Positions 49,721 to 59,990 are shown, numbered from the stretch's first letter. The stretch is 64,000 nucleotides of DNA from Rhizomicrobium sp. (GCA_025451875.1 JANWJQ010000046.1:13218-77217), one strand, 5' to 3'. The notes: generated by a model not told the origin, from the sequence alone. Numbers and translations are program-made.

Positions 49721-51736
49721 ATGAGAAAGATTCTCGCGACCGGACTGTTATTGGCTGCCCTTGCTGCAACGAGCGCCGTGCTTGCCGCGCAGCCTTCGAC
49801 GGGCCCCGTACCGCTGCCGGCGGCCACGTCCGCACCTGCAACCAATCTGGTTGCTCCGCCCGCCGCCAAGCCGGCCGATGCGCACGGGCTGACGGGAGAA
49901 GACCTGCACACCTTCTTCGACGGCATGGTGCCATATGCGCTGCATAATGGTGACATCGCGGGCGCAACCTTCGCAGTCGTGAAGGACGGAAAGATCATCT
50001 TCGCGCAAGGTTATGGCTATGCCGATTTGAAGACGAAGAAACCGGTCATCGCAGACCAGACATTGTTCCGTCCCGGCTCCGTCTCCAAACTCTTCACCTG
50101 GACGTCGGTGATGCAGCTGGTCGAGCAGCACAAGCTGGACCTCGACGCGGATGTGAACACCTATCTCGACTTCAAAATTCCCGAGGCGTTTGGCAAGCCG
50201 ATCACGCTGCGCAACATCATGACCCACACCTCGGGCTTCGAGGAAAGCGTCAGCGAGCTCTTCCTGCAGAAGCCGGAACAGCAATATCCCATCGGGCAAT
50301 ATCTGCAGAAGCACATGCCCAAGCGCATCTTCGCGCCGGGAAAGGTCGTCGCCTATTCGAACTACGCCACGACATTGGCGGGCTATATCGTTCAGCGCGT
50401 ATCCGGCGAAGAATTCACCGATTATGTCGACCACCACATCTTCAAGCCGCTGGGCATGAACAGCTCGTCTTTCAAGCAGCTTCCGCCGCCGGCGCTGATG
50501 AAGAACATGGCTACCGGTTACAAGCAGGCCTCGGACCCGAAGCCCGTGCCGTTTGAAATCGTGGAGGCGGCCCCGGCCGGTTCGCTGTCATCGACCGCGA
50601 CGGACATGGCGCGCTTCATGATGGCACATCTGAACGGAGGCCAGTATGACGGTGCGCGCATCCTGAAGCCGGAGACGGTCAAGCAGATGCACTCGCTCAA
50701 CTACGTGCTGGCGCCTGGCATGAACGGCTTCGATCTGGGCTTTTATCAGGAGAACCGCAACGGTCATCAGATCATCGGTCACGCGGGCGACACCGAGTCC
50801 TTCCATAGCGATCTGCATCTGATCACCGACGCGAACGTAGGCGTATTCATGTCCTTCAACAGCACCGGCAAAGAAGGTGCGGCAGAACCGGTGCGTGTGG
50901 CGATCTTCCGTGCATTCCTCGATCGCTATTTCCCTTATACGCCCCCGGAAGAGAAGACCGTCGCCGATCCGTCTGCGGACAATGCAAAGGTGGTGGGCTA
51001 TTACGTCGCCAGCCGCCGCAAGGACACGGCATTGGCGCTGCTGTTCCAGTTGGGACAAACCGCTGTGACCGAGCAGCCCGACAAGACGATCTCGGTGGAG
51101 ATGCTGAAGGATTTCAGCGGTGCGCCGAGGAAGTGGCGCAACGTCGGTCCGCTTACCTATCGCGAAGTCGGCGGGCAGACGCATCTGAAATTCGTCACCG
51201 ATCCGGACGGCAACATCGACTACTTCACTTCAGATGATTTCATCCCGGTGGAACTGTTGCAGAAGACGCATGGGCTCTACCAGCTTAACAACCTCAAGCT
51301 CTTTGGTATCGGCACGATCCTCGTCTGCGCGCTGACGGTCGCGATCTGGTTCGGCGGATGGATCACCCGCCGTCGCTTCGGCCGCCCGCTTGAGATGACA
51401 GATAGGCAGCGTCAGCTTCGGCTCGGCTCGCGTCTCGGTGCGCTGCTCTATCTCGGCGTCGTCGCCGGATGGGTTGCACTTCTTACGGCAATTCAGGTGG
51501 ATGAATCGCTGCTATTGGGTGGCGCGCTCAGCCCGTGGCTGGCCGCGCTCTATGTGTTGGGCGTTCTCGCATTCCTCGGCGGACTGGCGATGGTCGCGAA
51601 CGGCCTATTACGCGCCTTGGGCGGTCCCGGCGGTTGGTTGGTGCGCGTTGGCGACATCGTACTGGCGCTTGCGGGTCTCTACGGTCTGTGGGCGATCTGG
51701 GCTTACGGTTTCGCAAATTTCCACTTCAACATCTGA
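49721..51736 (+). CDS. Serine hydrolase (beta-lactamase/PBP-like S12) with C-terminal membrane anchor
   Basis: Signal peptide, SVSK, MTHTSG, YSN, GHAG; several hydrophobic helices at C-terminus. Confidence 0.9.
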   Translation: MRKILATGLLLAALAATSAVLAAQPSTGPVPLPAATSAPATNLVAPPAAKPADAHGLTGEDLHTFFDGMVPYALHNGDIAGATFAVVKDGKIIFAQGYGYADLKTKKPVIADQTLFRPGSVSKLFTWTSVMQLVEQHKLDLDADVNTYLDFKIPEAFGKPITLRNIMTHTSGFEESVSELFLQKPEQQYPIGQYLQKHMPKRIFAPGKVVAYSNYATTLAGYIVQRVSGEEFTDYVDHHIFKPLGMNSSSFKQLPPPALMKNMATGYKQASDPKPVPFEIVEAAPAGSLSSTATDMARFMMAHLNGGQYDGARILKPETVKQMHSLNYVLAPGMNGFDLGFYQENRNGHQIIGHAGDTESFHSDLHLITDANVGVFMSFNSTGKEGAAEPVRVAIFRAFLDRYFPYTPPEEKTVADPSADNAKVVGYYVASRRKDTALALLFQLGQTAVTEQPDKTISVEMLKDFSGAPRKWRNVGPLTYREVGGQTHLKFVTDPDGNIDYFTSDDFIPVELLQKTHGLYQLNNLKLFGIGTILVCALTVAIWFGGWITRRRFGRPLEMTDRQRQLRLGSRLGALLYLGVVAGWVALLTAIQVDESLLLGGALSPWLAALYVLGVLAFLGGLAMVANGLLRALGGPGGWLVRVGDIVLALAGLYGLWAIWAYGFANFHFNI

Positions 51737-51744
51737 GGCCGATC

Positions 51745-53325
51745 ATGCGTTCTCTTTTTTGCGGTGTTGCGATTGCGGCAATCGTGTCCGTGTCGGCGAG
51801 CGCGGCGTTCGCCGCGCCGCCAGCAGATATTGATGCCTTCGTGGCGAAGTCGATGCAGACGTTCGGGCCACCGGGCATGAGCGTCGCCATCGTGGAGAAC
51901 GGCAAGGTCGTCTTCACCAGGGGCTATGGCATCCGCTCTATCGCCACCAAGGCGCCGGTGAACGAACACACGGCGTTTCCCATCGGCTCGGAGTCCAAGG
52001 CGTTTACCGCTGCGGCGCTGGCTATTCTGGTCGATCAGGGCAAGTTGAAGTGGACGGATCGCGTCGTCGATAAACTGCCCGGCTTCCAAATGTATGATCC
52101 CTACGCTACGGAGCACATGACGATCATCGACCTGTTGACGCATCGCAGCGGGTTGGGGCTGGGCGAGGGCGATCTTCTCATCGTGCCGGCGACGACGCGC
52201 TCGCGCGCCGACATCGTACACGCACTTCGCTATCTGAAGCCCGTCACCGGCTTCCGCGAAAGCTTCGCCTACGACAATATCCTTTATATCGTTGCCGGCG
52301 CGCTGGTGGAGTCCGTGTCCGGCGAGACATGGGAGCATTTCGTTGAAACCCACATCTTCGCGCCCGCAGGGATGACGGATGCGATGACCGCCTACCATAT
52401 CGATGCAAAGAACGGCGTCGCACTGCATGCGCGCATCAACGGCCCGATCATGGGTATGGGTCCGCAGAGCATCCTGCAGCATGGTCTTGAAGGGGGCGCG
52501 TCCGCCCCGGCCGGCGCCATCAATGCCAGCGCCACTGACATGGCGAAGTGGATGCAGGCGCAACTCGCGCATGGCAAGTTGCCGAACGGCAAGCAGCTTT
52601 TCAGTGCCACGCAATCCGACGAAATGTGGAAACCGCGCGTGGTGGTGTCGCCGGACTCGTTCGGCGCGGCGACGTCCGCCGTGCTGGCTGCGCTGTCGCC
52701 GAAGTTTCAGGATTACGGCCTCGGCTGGTTCGTGGAGAGCTATCACGGCCATGTCGTGATCGAGCATACCGGCGCAGTGCTGGGTGCGGTGGCCGCGCAA
52801 TATCTTATCCCCGAAAAGGGCGTTGGCATTTCGGTGAATATCAATTCCGAAGATGGCGCTGCGCGCCGTGCTGTGGCGATGCATCTTCTGGATTATTACC
52901 TCGGCATTCCCGATCAGCATTGGAACGAAGAACTCAAGAAGCTGATGGATGGAATGATGGCCGCCGGCCAGAAGGCGATGAAGGCGCAACCGGAGCAGAT
53001 GAAGCCGAACAACAAATCATCGTTGCCGACAGGATCTTACGCAGGCGTCTATCGCGATCCCTGGTACGGCACGACGACCGTGTCCACCCGCGACGGTGGC
53101 AATCTCTGGATGAAATTCGACCAGACACCGCGTATGGAAGGTCCGCTGACGCATGTCGCGGACGACACGTTCAAGGTCGTATGGGCCGATCACATGATCG
53201 AGCCGGCCTATGTGAAGTTCGATGTCGCGAGCGGAAAAATCGTGAAAGTCGAAATGAAGCCGGTGTCGCCGCTGGCGGATTTCAGCTTCGATTATCAGGA
53301 TTTGCACTTCGCCCCGGCGCATTGA
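51745..53325 (+). CDS. Exported serine hydrolase (S12) with DUF3471-like C-terminal domain
   Basis: SESK, LLTHRSG, YDN, HTG, YAGVYRDPWYG, DFSFDYQDL. Confidence 0.9.
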   Translation: MRSLFCGVAIAAIVSVSASAAFAAPPADIDAFVAKSMQTFGPPGMSVAIVENGKVVFTRGYGIRSIATKAPVNEHTAFPIGSESKAFTAAALAILVDQGKLKWTDRVVDKLPGFQMYDPYATEHMTIIDLLTHRSGLGLGEGDLLIVPATTRSRADIVHALRYLKPVTGFRESFAYDNILYIVAGALVESVSGETWEHFVETHIFAPAGMTDAMTAYHIDAKNGVALHARINGPIMGMGPQSILQHGLEGGASAPAGAINASATDMAKWMQAQLAHGKLPNGKQLFSATQSDEMWKPRVVVSPDSFGAATSAVLAALSPKFQDYGLGWFVESYHGHVVIEHTGAVLGAVAAQYLIPEKGVGISVNINSEDGAARRAVAMHLLDYYLGIPDQHWNEELKKLMDGMMAAGQKAMKAQPEQMKPNNKSSLPTGSYAGVYRDPWYGTTTVSTRDGGNLWMKFDQTPRMEGPLTHVADDTFKVVWADHMIEPAYVKFDVASGKIVKVEMKPVSPLADFSFDYQDLHFAPAH

Positions 53326-53342
53326 CGCGCGGCACGCTTGCG

Positions 53343-54074
53343 TCAGGCAGACCAGAAAACCGAGACGGGTACGTCCTGCTGATGCAGGACGGCACGCACC
53401 GGAGCCTCGAGTGGGTCGGCGCCGTCCAGTGCGTGACGATAAGCGGCGAGCTTTTCCTCGCCCCGGATCAGCAAAACAATCCAGCGCGCATCAAGAATGG
53501 CGCGAAGCGTCAGCGTCATCCGTTCGCCCATAGCGGCGAGGTCCGGTGGCTTTATCGCGCGCACAAGCGCCCGATCGTTGCGGTCCAACGCGCGCGCCAA
53601 TCCGGCCGCGCCGGGGATCAGCGATGCGATATGTCCATCCGTTCCCATGCCGAGCGCTACGACATCGAAGGGGCGGTGCATGGCGACAATTGCCGCGTTC
53701 ACGTCGTTCTCAGCTTCATCGGCGCGAGAATGTGCCGTCTTGAAGGGAATTAATCGCGCTGCGGCCGCGCTGGCCGTCAAAAGCCGGGCGCGCACCAATT
53801 TCTCATTGCTGCGATTCGATGTCGTTTCGATCCAGCGGTCATCCGACAGCGTGATCTCGATATTTTTCCAAGGTGCCTGGCATCGCGCGAGGATGTCGAA
53901 CATCGCACCTGGCGTTGTTCCACCGGGCGCGACAAAGCTCGCACGGCCGTCGCGGGTTGCGGCAGCGGTCAATCGTTTGGCGATCGCCTGCGCTGCGTCA
54001 TTGTAGAGCGCATCGACCGACCGGAATTCGTGGAAAGAAGGGCCAGGGTGTCCGACCGAGGCAGCATTTTTCAT
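53343..54074 (-). CDS. pgl: 6-phosphogluconolactonase-like protein (NagB/6PGL fold)
   Basis: GGTTP, SDDRW, SN, LGMGTDGHIASL, RMTLT; coupled to nagA. Confidence 0.8.
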   Translation of the reverse strand: MKNAASVGHPGPSFHEFRSVDALYNDAAQAIAKRLTAAATRDGRASFVAPGGTTPGAMFDILARCQAPWKNIEITLSDDRWIETTSNRSNEKLVRARLLTASAAAARLIPFKTAHSRADEAENDVNAAIVAMHRPFDVVALGMGTDGHIASLIPGAAGLARALDRNDRALVRAIKPPDLAAMGERMTLTLRAILDARWIVLLIRGEEKLAAYRHALDGADPLEAPVRAVLHQQDVPVSVFWSA

Positions 54075-55216
54075 GCAGGATAAACCTGCCGGCCATCGAC
54101 CCAGGTTTCGCGCACCACCATCGCATCGTCCACGCAAACCAGGCTGGCTCGCAAGCCAATGCTGATCGCGCCCAGCTCGCCGGATAATCCAAGGAACGCC
54201 GCCGGATTGCGCACCGCCATTTCAACAGCCGTCTTCAAGTCCAGCCCCAGCATCTCCATCGCATTGCGCACGGCGGACGCCATGTCGAGATCGGAGCCCG
54301 CGAGCGTGCCGTCAGGCGCGACGCACACACCGTCCTTTACCGTGATCATGCGGCCTTGCAGCGCGAAACGCTTGTTCGTGGCGCCGACGCTCGGCATGGC
54401 ATCGGTCACCAGCATCAGGCGGTCCGCGCGTTTGCAGCGCAAGGCGATCCGCAAGGTTGCCGGATCGACATGTTTTCCATCGACGATGATGCCGCAATAA
54501 CTTTCAGCGTCTTCCAGCGCGGCGCCTACAGCGCCCGGCTCACGCGCGCGGAGCGGCGACATCGCGTTAAAGAGATGAGTGAATCCGGCAAGTCCGTGCG
54601 CAAGCGCAGTGCGGATCTGGGCGTAAGTGCCATCGGTGTGTCCCGCGGAAACGATCACGCCAGCCTTGGTGAGCGCGGCGATGACGTCCGGGGTGGTCTG
54701 CTCCGGGGCCAGCGTCACCATTGTTTTGCCACGCTTAACGGAAGTCAGAAGCGCGAATGCTTCCGCGTCCAGCGGACGGAAATTCGAAGCGTCATGAATG
54801 CCCTTGCGTGAGACATTGAGGAATGGGCCTTCGATGTGAATTCCAAGAACGCCAGGCACGTCTGTTTCGATTGCGGCACCCACGGCGGCGATAGCAGCGC
54901 GGATCAATGCGAAATCGCCACTGATAAGAGTGGGGAGAAAGCCCGTCGTGCCGAAACGTGCATGCGCGGCAGCGATCTGGACCAACGCATTGACGGTGGG
55001 CGTGTCGCCAAACAGCACGCCGCCACCGCCATTGACCTGCGTGTCGATGAATCCGGGCAAGAGCAGCCCGCCTTCGAGGTCGTGCACGGCTGCGTCCTTC
55101 GGCGCATCTTCGGGCGCCGTGATCGCCTTGATGCGGCCGTTCTCGATCAGGACGGTGTGTCTTTCGACAACGCCGCGGTCGGTCAGCACCCGTCCGTTGA
55201 TGAGAGCGGTGGTCAT
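54071..55216 (-). CDS. nagA: N-acetylglucosamine-6-phosphate deacetylase
   Basis: PGFIDTQVNG, HIEGPF, THLFNAM, DGKHV, VTDAM, LAGS. Confidence 0.95.
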   Translation of the reverse strand: MTTALINGRVLTDRGVVERHTVLIENGRIKAITAPEDAPKDAAVHDLEGGLLLPGFIDTQVNGGGGVLFGDTPTVNALVQIAAAHARFGTTGFLPTLISGDFALIRAAIAAVGAAIETDVPGVLGIHIEGPFLNVSRKGIHDASNFRPLDAEAFALLTSVKRGKTMVTLAPEQTTPDVIAALTKAGVIVSAGHTDGTYAQIRTALAHGLAGFTHLFNAMSPLRAREPGAVGAALEDAESYCGIIVDGKHVDPATLRIALRCKRADRLMLVTDAMPSVGATNKRFALQGRMITVKDGVCVAPDGTLAGSDLDMASAVRNAMEMLGLDLKTAVEMAVRNPAAFLGLSGELGAISIGLRASLVCVDDAMVVRETWVDGRQVYPA

Positions 55217-55218
55217 GT

Positions 55219-56280
55219 TCAGATGGTCTCGGTAATTTTGTTCAGGTTCGGCGGATGGTCCGGGTTGAGGCCGCGTGCCAGCGCCAGCGCGTTGACCATG
55301 CGATAAAAGCTCTGCGCCATCAGGATGGGCTCTATCGCGGGATGCGCGCTGACGGTGGGAAGCTTCAACGCTCCCGGGGCTTCAAAGCCGGCAACAAGAA
55401 GGTTGGCGCCTGTCCGTATGACGCTGTCTGCAAGTTCGGTCATGCCCGCGCGTGTCTCATCATTCTGCGACAACAGCAGAACCGGAAAGCCGCTTTTCAC
55501 CAGCGCCATAGGTCCGTGATGCACTTCGGCGGAGCTGAAGGCCTCCGCATGCAGCCCGCATGTTTCCTTGAGTTTGAGCGCCGCTTCCTGCGCACAGCCG
55601 AAGCCCAGGCCGCGGCCAATGGTGTAAAGATCGCGTGCGGGCGTAAGCCGCATGACGGCCTCCGACCAATCCATGCGCCAAGCGGCTTGCATCTGTTCGG
55701 GAAGTTTTGCCAGCGCTGCGCTGAGGTCGTCATCGCCTGCCCAAGTCGCCACCAATGCAGCGATAGCTGCAACAGATGTCAGATAAGTTTTCGTCGCCGC
55801 GACGCTTTTCTCCGGCCCGGCGAGTAACGGGACGGTATCGTGCGCGAGGGAGGCGAGGGGGCTTTGATCGTTGTTGACCAACGCCACCACGAAAGCGCCG
55901 CCGCTTTTCGCTTTTTCGACACTGGCAAGCAGATCGGGACTTTTTCCGGATTGTGAAACCGCAAGGAACAGTGTGTCCCGAAAATCGGCCTGCGCTTCGT
56001 ACACCGATCCGATCGAAAGCCCGATGGAGGAAGTGATGACGCCCAATCGCGTTTCAATCAGATATTTGGCGAAGGTCGCCGCGTGATCCGAACTGCCTCG
56101 CGCGCCAGTGACCACCGCGCGCGGCTTTTTTCCGCGCAGCTTTGTGGCGATGCGCGCGACCAGCGCGTGATTTTTGGAAAGCTGGCGCGCGACAGCATCT
56201 GGCGCTTCGGCTGCCTCGCGAAACATCCGCGTTTGTTGTTCCGAAGGTTCGCGTGCCGGCGCATCGCTGTCCGCCATCAC
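55219..56280 (-). CDS. SIS-domain glucosamine-6-phosphate deaminase (NagB-II)
   Basis: ARGSSDHAA, SQSGKSPDL, SVAATKT, EAALKLKE, EVHHGP; nag context. Confidence 0.88.
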   Translation of the reverse strand: MMADSDAPAREPSEQQTRMFREAAEAPDAVARQLSKNHALVARIATKLRGKKPRAVVTGARGSSDHAATFAKYLIETRLGVITSSIGLSIGSVYEAQADFRDTLFLAVSQSGKSPDLLASVEKAKSGGAFVVALVNNDQSPLASLAHDTVPLLAGPEKSVAATKTYLTSVAAIAALVATWAGDDDLSAALAKLPEQMQAAWRMDWSEAVMRLTPARDLYTIGRGLGFGCAQEAALKLKETCGLHAEAFSSAEVHHGPMALVKSGFPVLLLSQNDETRAGMTELADSVIRTGANLLVAGFEAPGALKLPTVSAHPAIEPILMAQSFYRMVNALALARGLNPDHPPNLNKITETI

Positions 56281-57029
56281 TTATCCATCTCCGATGCGCT
56301 GAGTTCGGCGACGAAGTCATAGGTGTCGCCGCGATAAAGAGAGTGCGAGAATTCCACGGCGCGTCCGTCCGGAAGGAAGCCGCGGCGCTCCACGAGAAGC
56401 CCCGCATCACGCTCCTGCGCGCCCAGAAGCGCGGCCTGTTCGGCCGTGAAAATCACCGCGCGCAAACGCTGCAACGCGCGCGTCGGCCGATAGCCGGCCT
56501 TGCTCAACGCCGTATAGAGTGAGGACGCCACGGCATCGACCGAGGGCAGGCAGAAGGCCTGTATGGTGCAATATTCCAGTGCCATCGGTGAACCATCGGC
56601 GAAGCGCAAACGATTGAAACGGTAAACCGGCGTGCCGGGGCTGAGGCCCATCGTCAGTGATTCTTCCGGTGTCACGGTGCCGCGCGATTTGCTCAGCCAT
56701 GTGCTGGTTGGCGTGCGCCCACGCGCGATCATGTCCTCGGTGAAAGAAGTGAGCTTGGAGAAATTCTTTTCCACGCGATTCGAAACAAACGTGCCCGAAC
56801 CTTGCCGGCGCGACAGCAGGCCTTCCGTGACAAGGCCATCGATGGCCTTGCGCACTGTGATGCGCGAAACCGCGAATTGCTCGGCCAGATCGCGTTCGGG
56901 AGGCAGGGCGTCGTCCGGTCCCAACAGCTTTTCCTCGATAGCGCGCCGGATGCCGCGCTGAAGCTGCAGGTAAAGCGGCTGGCTTGCGGCGTCATCGAGT
57001 TGGCCGATGAGGGCTAGAAGCGCTGGCAC
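56277..57029 (-). CDS. GntR/HutC family regulator with UTRA domain (NagQ-like)
   Basis: PLYLQ, LPPERDLA, VSRITVRKA, GSGTFV; GTG start after GAGGAG. Confidence 0.9.
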   Translation of the reverse strand: MPALLALIGQLDDAASQPLYLQLQRGIRRAIEEKLLGPDDALPPERDLAEQFAVSRITVRKAIDGLVTEGLLSRRQGSGTFVSNRVEKNFSKLTSFTEDMIARGRTPTSTWLSKSRGTVTPEESLTMGLSPGTPVYRFNRLRFADGSPMALEYCTIQAFCLPSVDAVASSLYTALSKAGYRPTRALQRLRAVIFTAEQAALLGAQERDAGLLVERRGFLPDGRAVEFSHSLYRGDTYDFVAELSASEMDK

Positions 57030-57088
57030 TTTTCTCTCCTCGGCTTTCCGGGCGCGATATTGCGGGTTTTTCCAGCCGGAACCGTTAT

Positions 57089-57208
57089 AGAACCAATATG
57101 ATACCACAAATCCCCGATCGCGCGTCAACAGCAATGAACATGCCGGTTATGGACTTGACAGCGTATCCCAATAAGGAAATGGTTCTATATTGGACTTGTA
57201 TTGGTGCC
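57089..57208. promoter_or_regulatory. Divergent promoter with NagQ-type tandem TGG repeats
   Basis: Minus strand TGGTATC-N4-TGGTTCT (57089-57106); plus strand TGGTTCT-N4-TGGACTT-N4-TGGTGCC (57180-57208), 11-bp period; TTGACA at 57155. Confidence 0.65.
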
Positions 57209-57296
57209 TCTATCGGGTTTTTATGACGGCACAATAACGGTCCCAATGAGAGGCGGGGAGCCTTTCCAGACCATTGGCATCAAACGGAGGGTGAGC

Positions 57297-59990
57297 ATGT
57301 CTTTTAGGGGGATATTGGTCGGTTCGGTGAGCGTTATCGCGCTCGCAACAGCGGCAACACCGTCATTCGCGGACGATCAGATCGAGACAGTTGTGGTGAC
57401 GGGTATTCGCGGCTCCATGCAGCAAGCGATTACCGTAAAGCGGGACTCTACGGCGATCGTGGACGCTGTTTCGGCGGAAGACATCGGCAAGTTTGCCGAC
57501 AAGAACGTCGCGGACGCCTTGCAGCGTGTTCCGGGCGTCAACACCGTCTCGGCGGCGAGTGGCGAAGGCGGCTTCGACGAAAACGACCGCGTTTCGATTC
57601 GCGGTACCAATCCCAGTCTCACCCAGACGATGGTGGACGGCCATTCCGTCGCCAACGGCGACTGGTTCATCCTCGACCAGTACCAGACGGTCGGCCGCAG
57701 CGTGAGCTACACGCTTCTTCCATCGGAAATCGTCGATACGGCGGTTGTCTATAAGAGCCAGCAAGCCGATCTCGTGGAAGGCGGCGTTGCCGGCGTTGTC
57801 GATATCAAAACGCGCAGCCCGCTCAGCTTCGATCAGGATCTCACCTTCGAAGGCGAAGCCCAGGCCGCATATTCCACGCTGCGCAAGAAGACCACGCCGC
57901 AGCTCAACGCGCTTATCAACTGGAAAGACGATTCCGGTCATTTCGGCGTTATGGTGCAGGGCTTCTATGAGAAGCGCGACATCCGGCGCGACGGTCAGGA
58001 ATTCCTCGGTTATTCCACCGTCGGCGCCACCGATGCCGCGGGCATCGCGCACCCGGATCTCGTCGGTATGGCATATCCGACCCTGATCGGATCGTCCCTG
58101 TTCGAACAGGAGCGTATCCGCAAGGGTGGCAGCGTCACCGCGGAATGGCAGCCCAGCAGCCAGTTCGATTTCAAGGTGTCCGGCTTCTATTCGGACCTCG
58201 GCGCCAGCAACATCAACCAGAACAACATGTTCTGGGGTACGAATGAGTTCGAGACATCGCAGAACGTTCCGACCAGCTATGTTGTGAAGAACGGCACGAT
58301 CGTTTCGGCCGTCTTCCCGGTGCATGCCGGTTCGTCGCCCTTCGTCACCGACTTCATCCAGCGGCCGGGCGGCGCGGCACAGACCTGGTTTATCAACGGC
58401 GATGCCAACTGGAATCCGACCGACAGCCTGAACATCCACCTCGAGGGCGGCTACAGCAAAGGCACCGGCAAAACCGATCCGCAGGTCGCATGGGAAGGCG
58501 AGATTGCCCCCGGCACCGCGGGCGCTACTTACGACTTCTCCAAAGGCGTGGCTGTCGTGACCGTGCCGGGCGTCGATCTCTCTAATGCTTCCAACCTGGT
58601 CAATGACTGGGCGTGGACGGCGGTTTCCACAGCGGTCGATAAGGAAGGCTACATTCAGGCCGATGCGGAACAGCATGTGTCGTGGGGCCCGATCAATTCG
58701 GTCAAGGCCGGCGTGCGTTATGCCGACCACAAGCGCACCTCGGTTCTCTGGGACGGTGGCGTGTCGTATGCCGGTTCGATCGGCAGCGACGTTTCGACGT
58801 CGAACTATCCGGGCAATTTTGCGAGCGATTTCAAGATCCCGGGCATGCTGACCGATTTGCCGATGGGAAACACCGGGCTGATCGAACAGCTCCTCTACAA
58901 CAACACCAGCTGGCGCCCCTATCCGCAGACGCCCGCCGCCATTTCGAACCCGGCCAATGGCCGTTTCGACTGGCCGTCGAGCTTCGGCGTGGAAGAGAAG
59001 GACACGGCCGGTTACGTGATGGCCAATGTCGGCGGCACGGGCTGGAAGGGCAACTTCGGCGTTCGTGTCGTGAACACGAAGGACAATGTCAGCAATTACC
59101 AGAACGGCCTCGGCAATCCGCTCGGCGGCTGCATCACCGGCACCTACAGCGATTTCGGCTGCTATGTGACCAACAAGGTGAGCAACACCTACACTGACAT
59201 TCTGCCGAGCATCAATCTGAGCGCGGACATCAATGACGAGATGGTGGTCCGCTTTGCAGCTGCCGAAGCGATGGCGCGTCCCGACTACAGCGCCCTGGGT
59301 GGCGCGGTGCAACTCACCGATACCAACCTGACGGGTTCGGCAGGCAACGCCAGCCTCAAGCCGGTCAAGTCCGCCAACTACAATTTGAGCTATGAGTGGT
59401 ACTACGGGCCGCAGTCGCTGTTCTCGGCCAGCGTCTTCTACATGGACCTGTCGTCTTACATCTCCTACCAGACGACAACCGCCAGCTATGTGAACATGAC
59501 GCTGACGGGGCGCAATCCGGTTCCGATCTTCTCGACCTACAGCATCAGCCGTCCGTTCAATTCGAGCGGGCATGACGAAGGCTTCGAACTCAGCTTGCAG
59601 CAGCCGGTGTGGGGCGGATTCGGTTTCCAGGCCAACTATACCTATGCCAACGGCGCCGATAACGCCGGCGGCCCGCTGGTCGGTGACTCGAAGAACACGG
59701 CGAACCTCGTCGGTTACTATGAGAACGATTGGCTGAGCGTTCGTCTGTCGTACAACTACCGATCCCGCATGCTGGTCGGTCTCGACCGGAGTTCTGACGA
59801 ATACCAGAACTCCTACAACACGCTGGATGCATCGGTGCAGTTCAACGTCACGGAAAACGCAGCCATCACGCTCGATGCGCTCAACCTGACCAATGAAACG
59901 CTGAAGTATCACACGAGTACGGAGACGCAGCCGCGCGCATTCTACAGCAACGGCATTCAGCTCTTCGGTGGCGTACGCGTGAAGTTCTGA
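57297..59990 (+). CDS. TonB-dependent receptor (GlcNAc/chito-oligosaccharide type)
   Basis: IETVVVTGIR, AEDIGKFADKNVADALQRVPG, GNASLKP, terminal F; nag context. Confidence 0.95.
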   Translation: MSFRGILVGSVSVIALATAATPSFADDQIETVVVTGIRGSMQQAITVKRDSTAIVDAVSAEDIGKFADKNVADALQRVPGVNTVSAASGEGGFDENDRVSIRGTNPSLTQTMVDGHSVANGDWFILDQYQTVGRSVSYTLLPSEIVDTAVVYKSQQADLVEGGVAGVVDIKTRSPLSFDQDLTFEGEAQAAYSTLRKKTTPQLNALINWKDDSGHFGVMVQGFYEKRDIRRDGQEFLGYSTVGATDAAGIAHPDLVGMAYPTLIGSSLFEQERIRKGGSVTAEWQPSSQFDFKVSGFYSDLGASNINQNNMFWGTNEFETSQNVPTSYVVKNGTIVSAVFPVHAGSSPFVTDFIQRPGGAAQTWFINGDANWNPTDSLNIHLEGGYSKGTGKTDPQVAWEGEIAPGTAGATYDFSKGVAVVTVPGVDLSNASNLVNDWAWTAVSTAVDKEGYIQADAEQHVSWGPINSVKAGVRYADHKRTSVLWDGGVSYAGSIGSDVSTSNYPGNFASDFKIPGMLTDLPMGNTGLIEQLLYNNTSWRPYPQTPAAISNPANGRFDWPSSFGVEEKDTAGYVMANVGGTGWKGNFGVRVVNTKDNVSNYQNGLGNPLGGCITGTYSDFGCYVTNKVSNTYTDILPSINLSADINDEMVVRFAAAEAMARPDYSALGGAVQLTDTNLTGSAGNASLKPVKSANYNLSYEWYYGPQSLFSASVFYMDLSSYISYQTTTASYVNMTLTGRNPVPIFSTYSISRPFNSSGHDEGFELSLQQPVWGGFGFQANYTYANGADNAGGPLVGDSKNTANLVGYYENDWLSVRLSYNYRSRMLVGLDRSSDEYQNSYNTLDASVQFNVTENAAITLDALNLTNETLKYHTSTETQPRAFYSNGIQLFGGVRVKF

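Noticed and set aside
40203-53325. Calling this a microcystin-degradation (mlr) cluster
   Set aside because: No MlrA (CAAX/Abi-type) ring-opening protease is present, and the shared families are widespread.
49721-53325. Beta-lactam resistance genes
   Set aside because: Extra C-terminal domains and the catabolic context fit S12 peptidases or esterases rather than AmpC.
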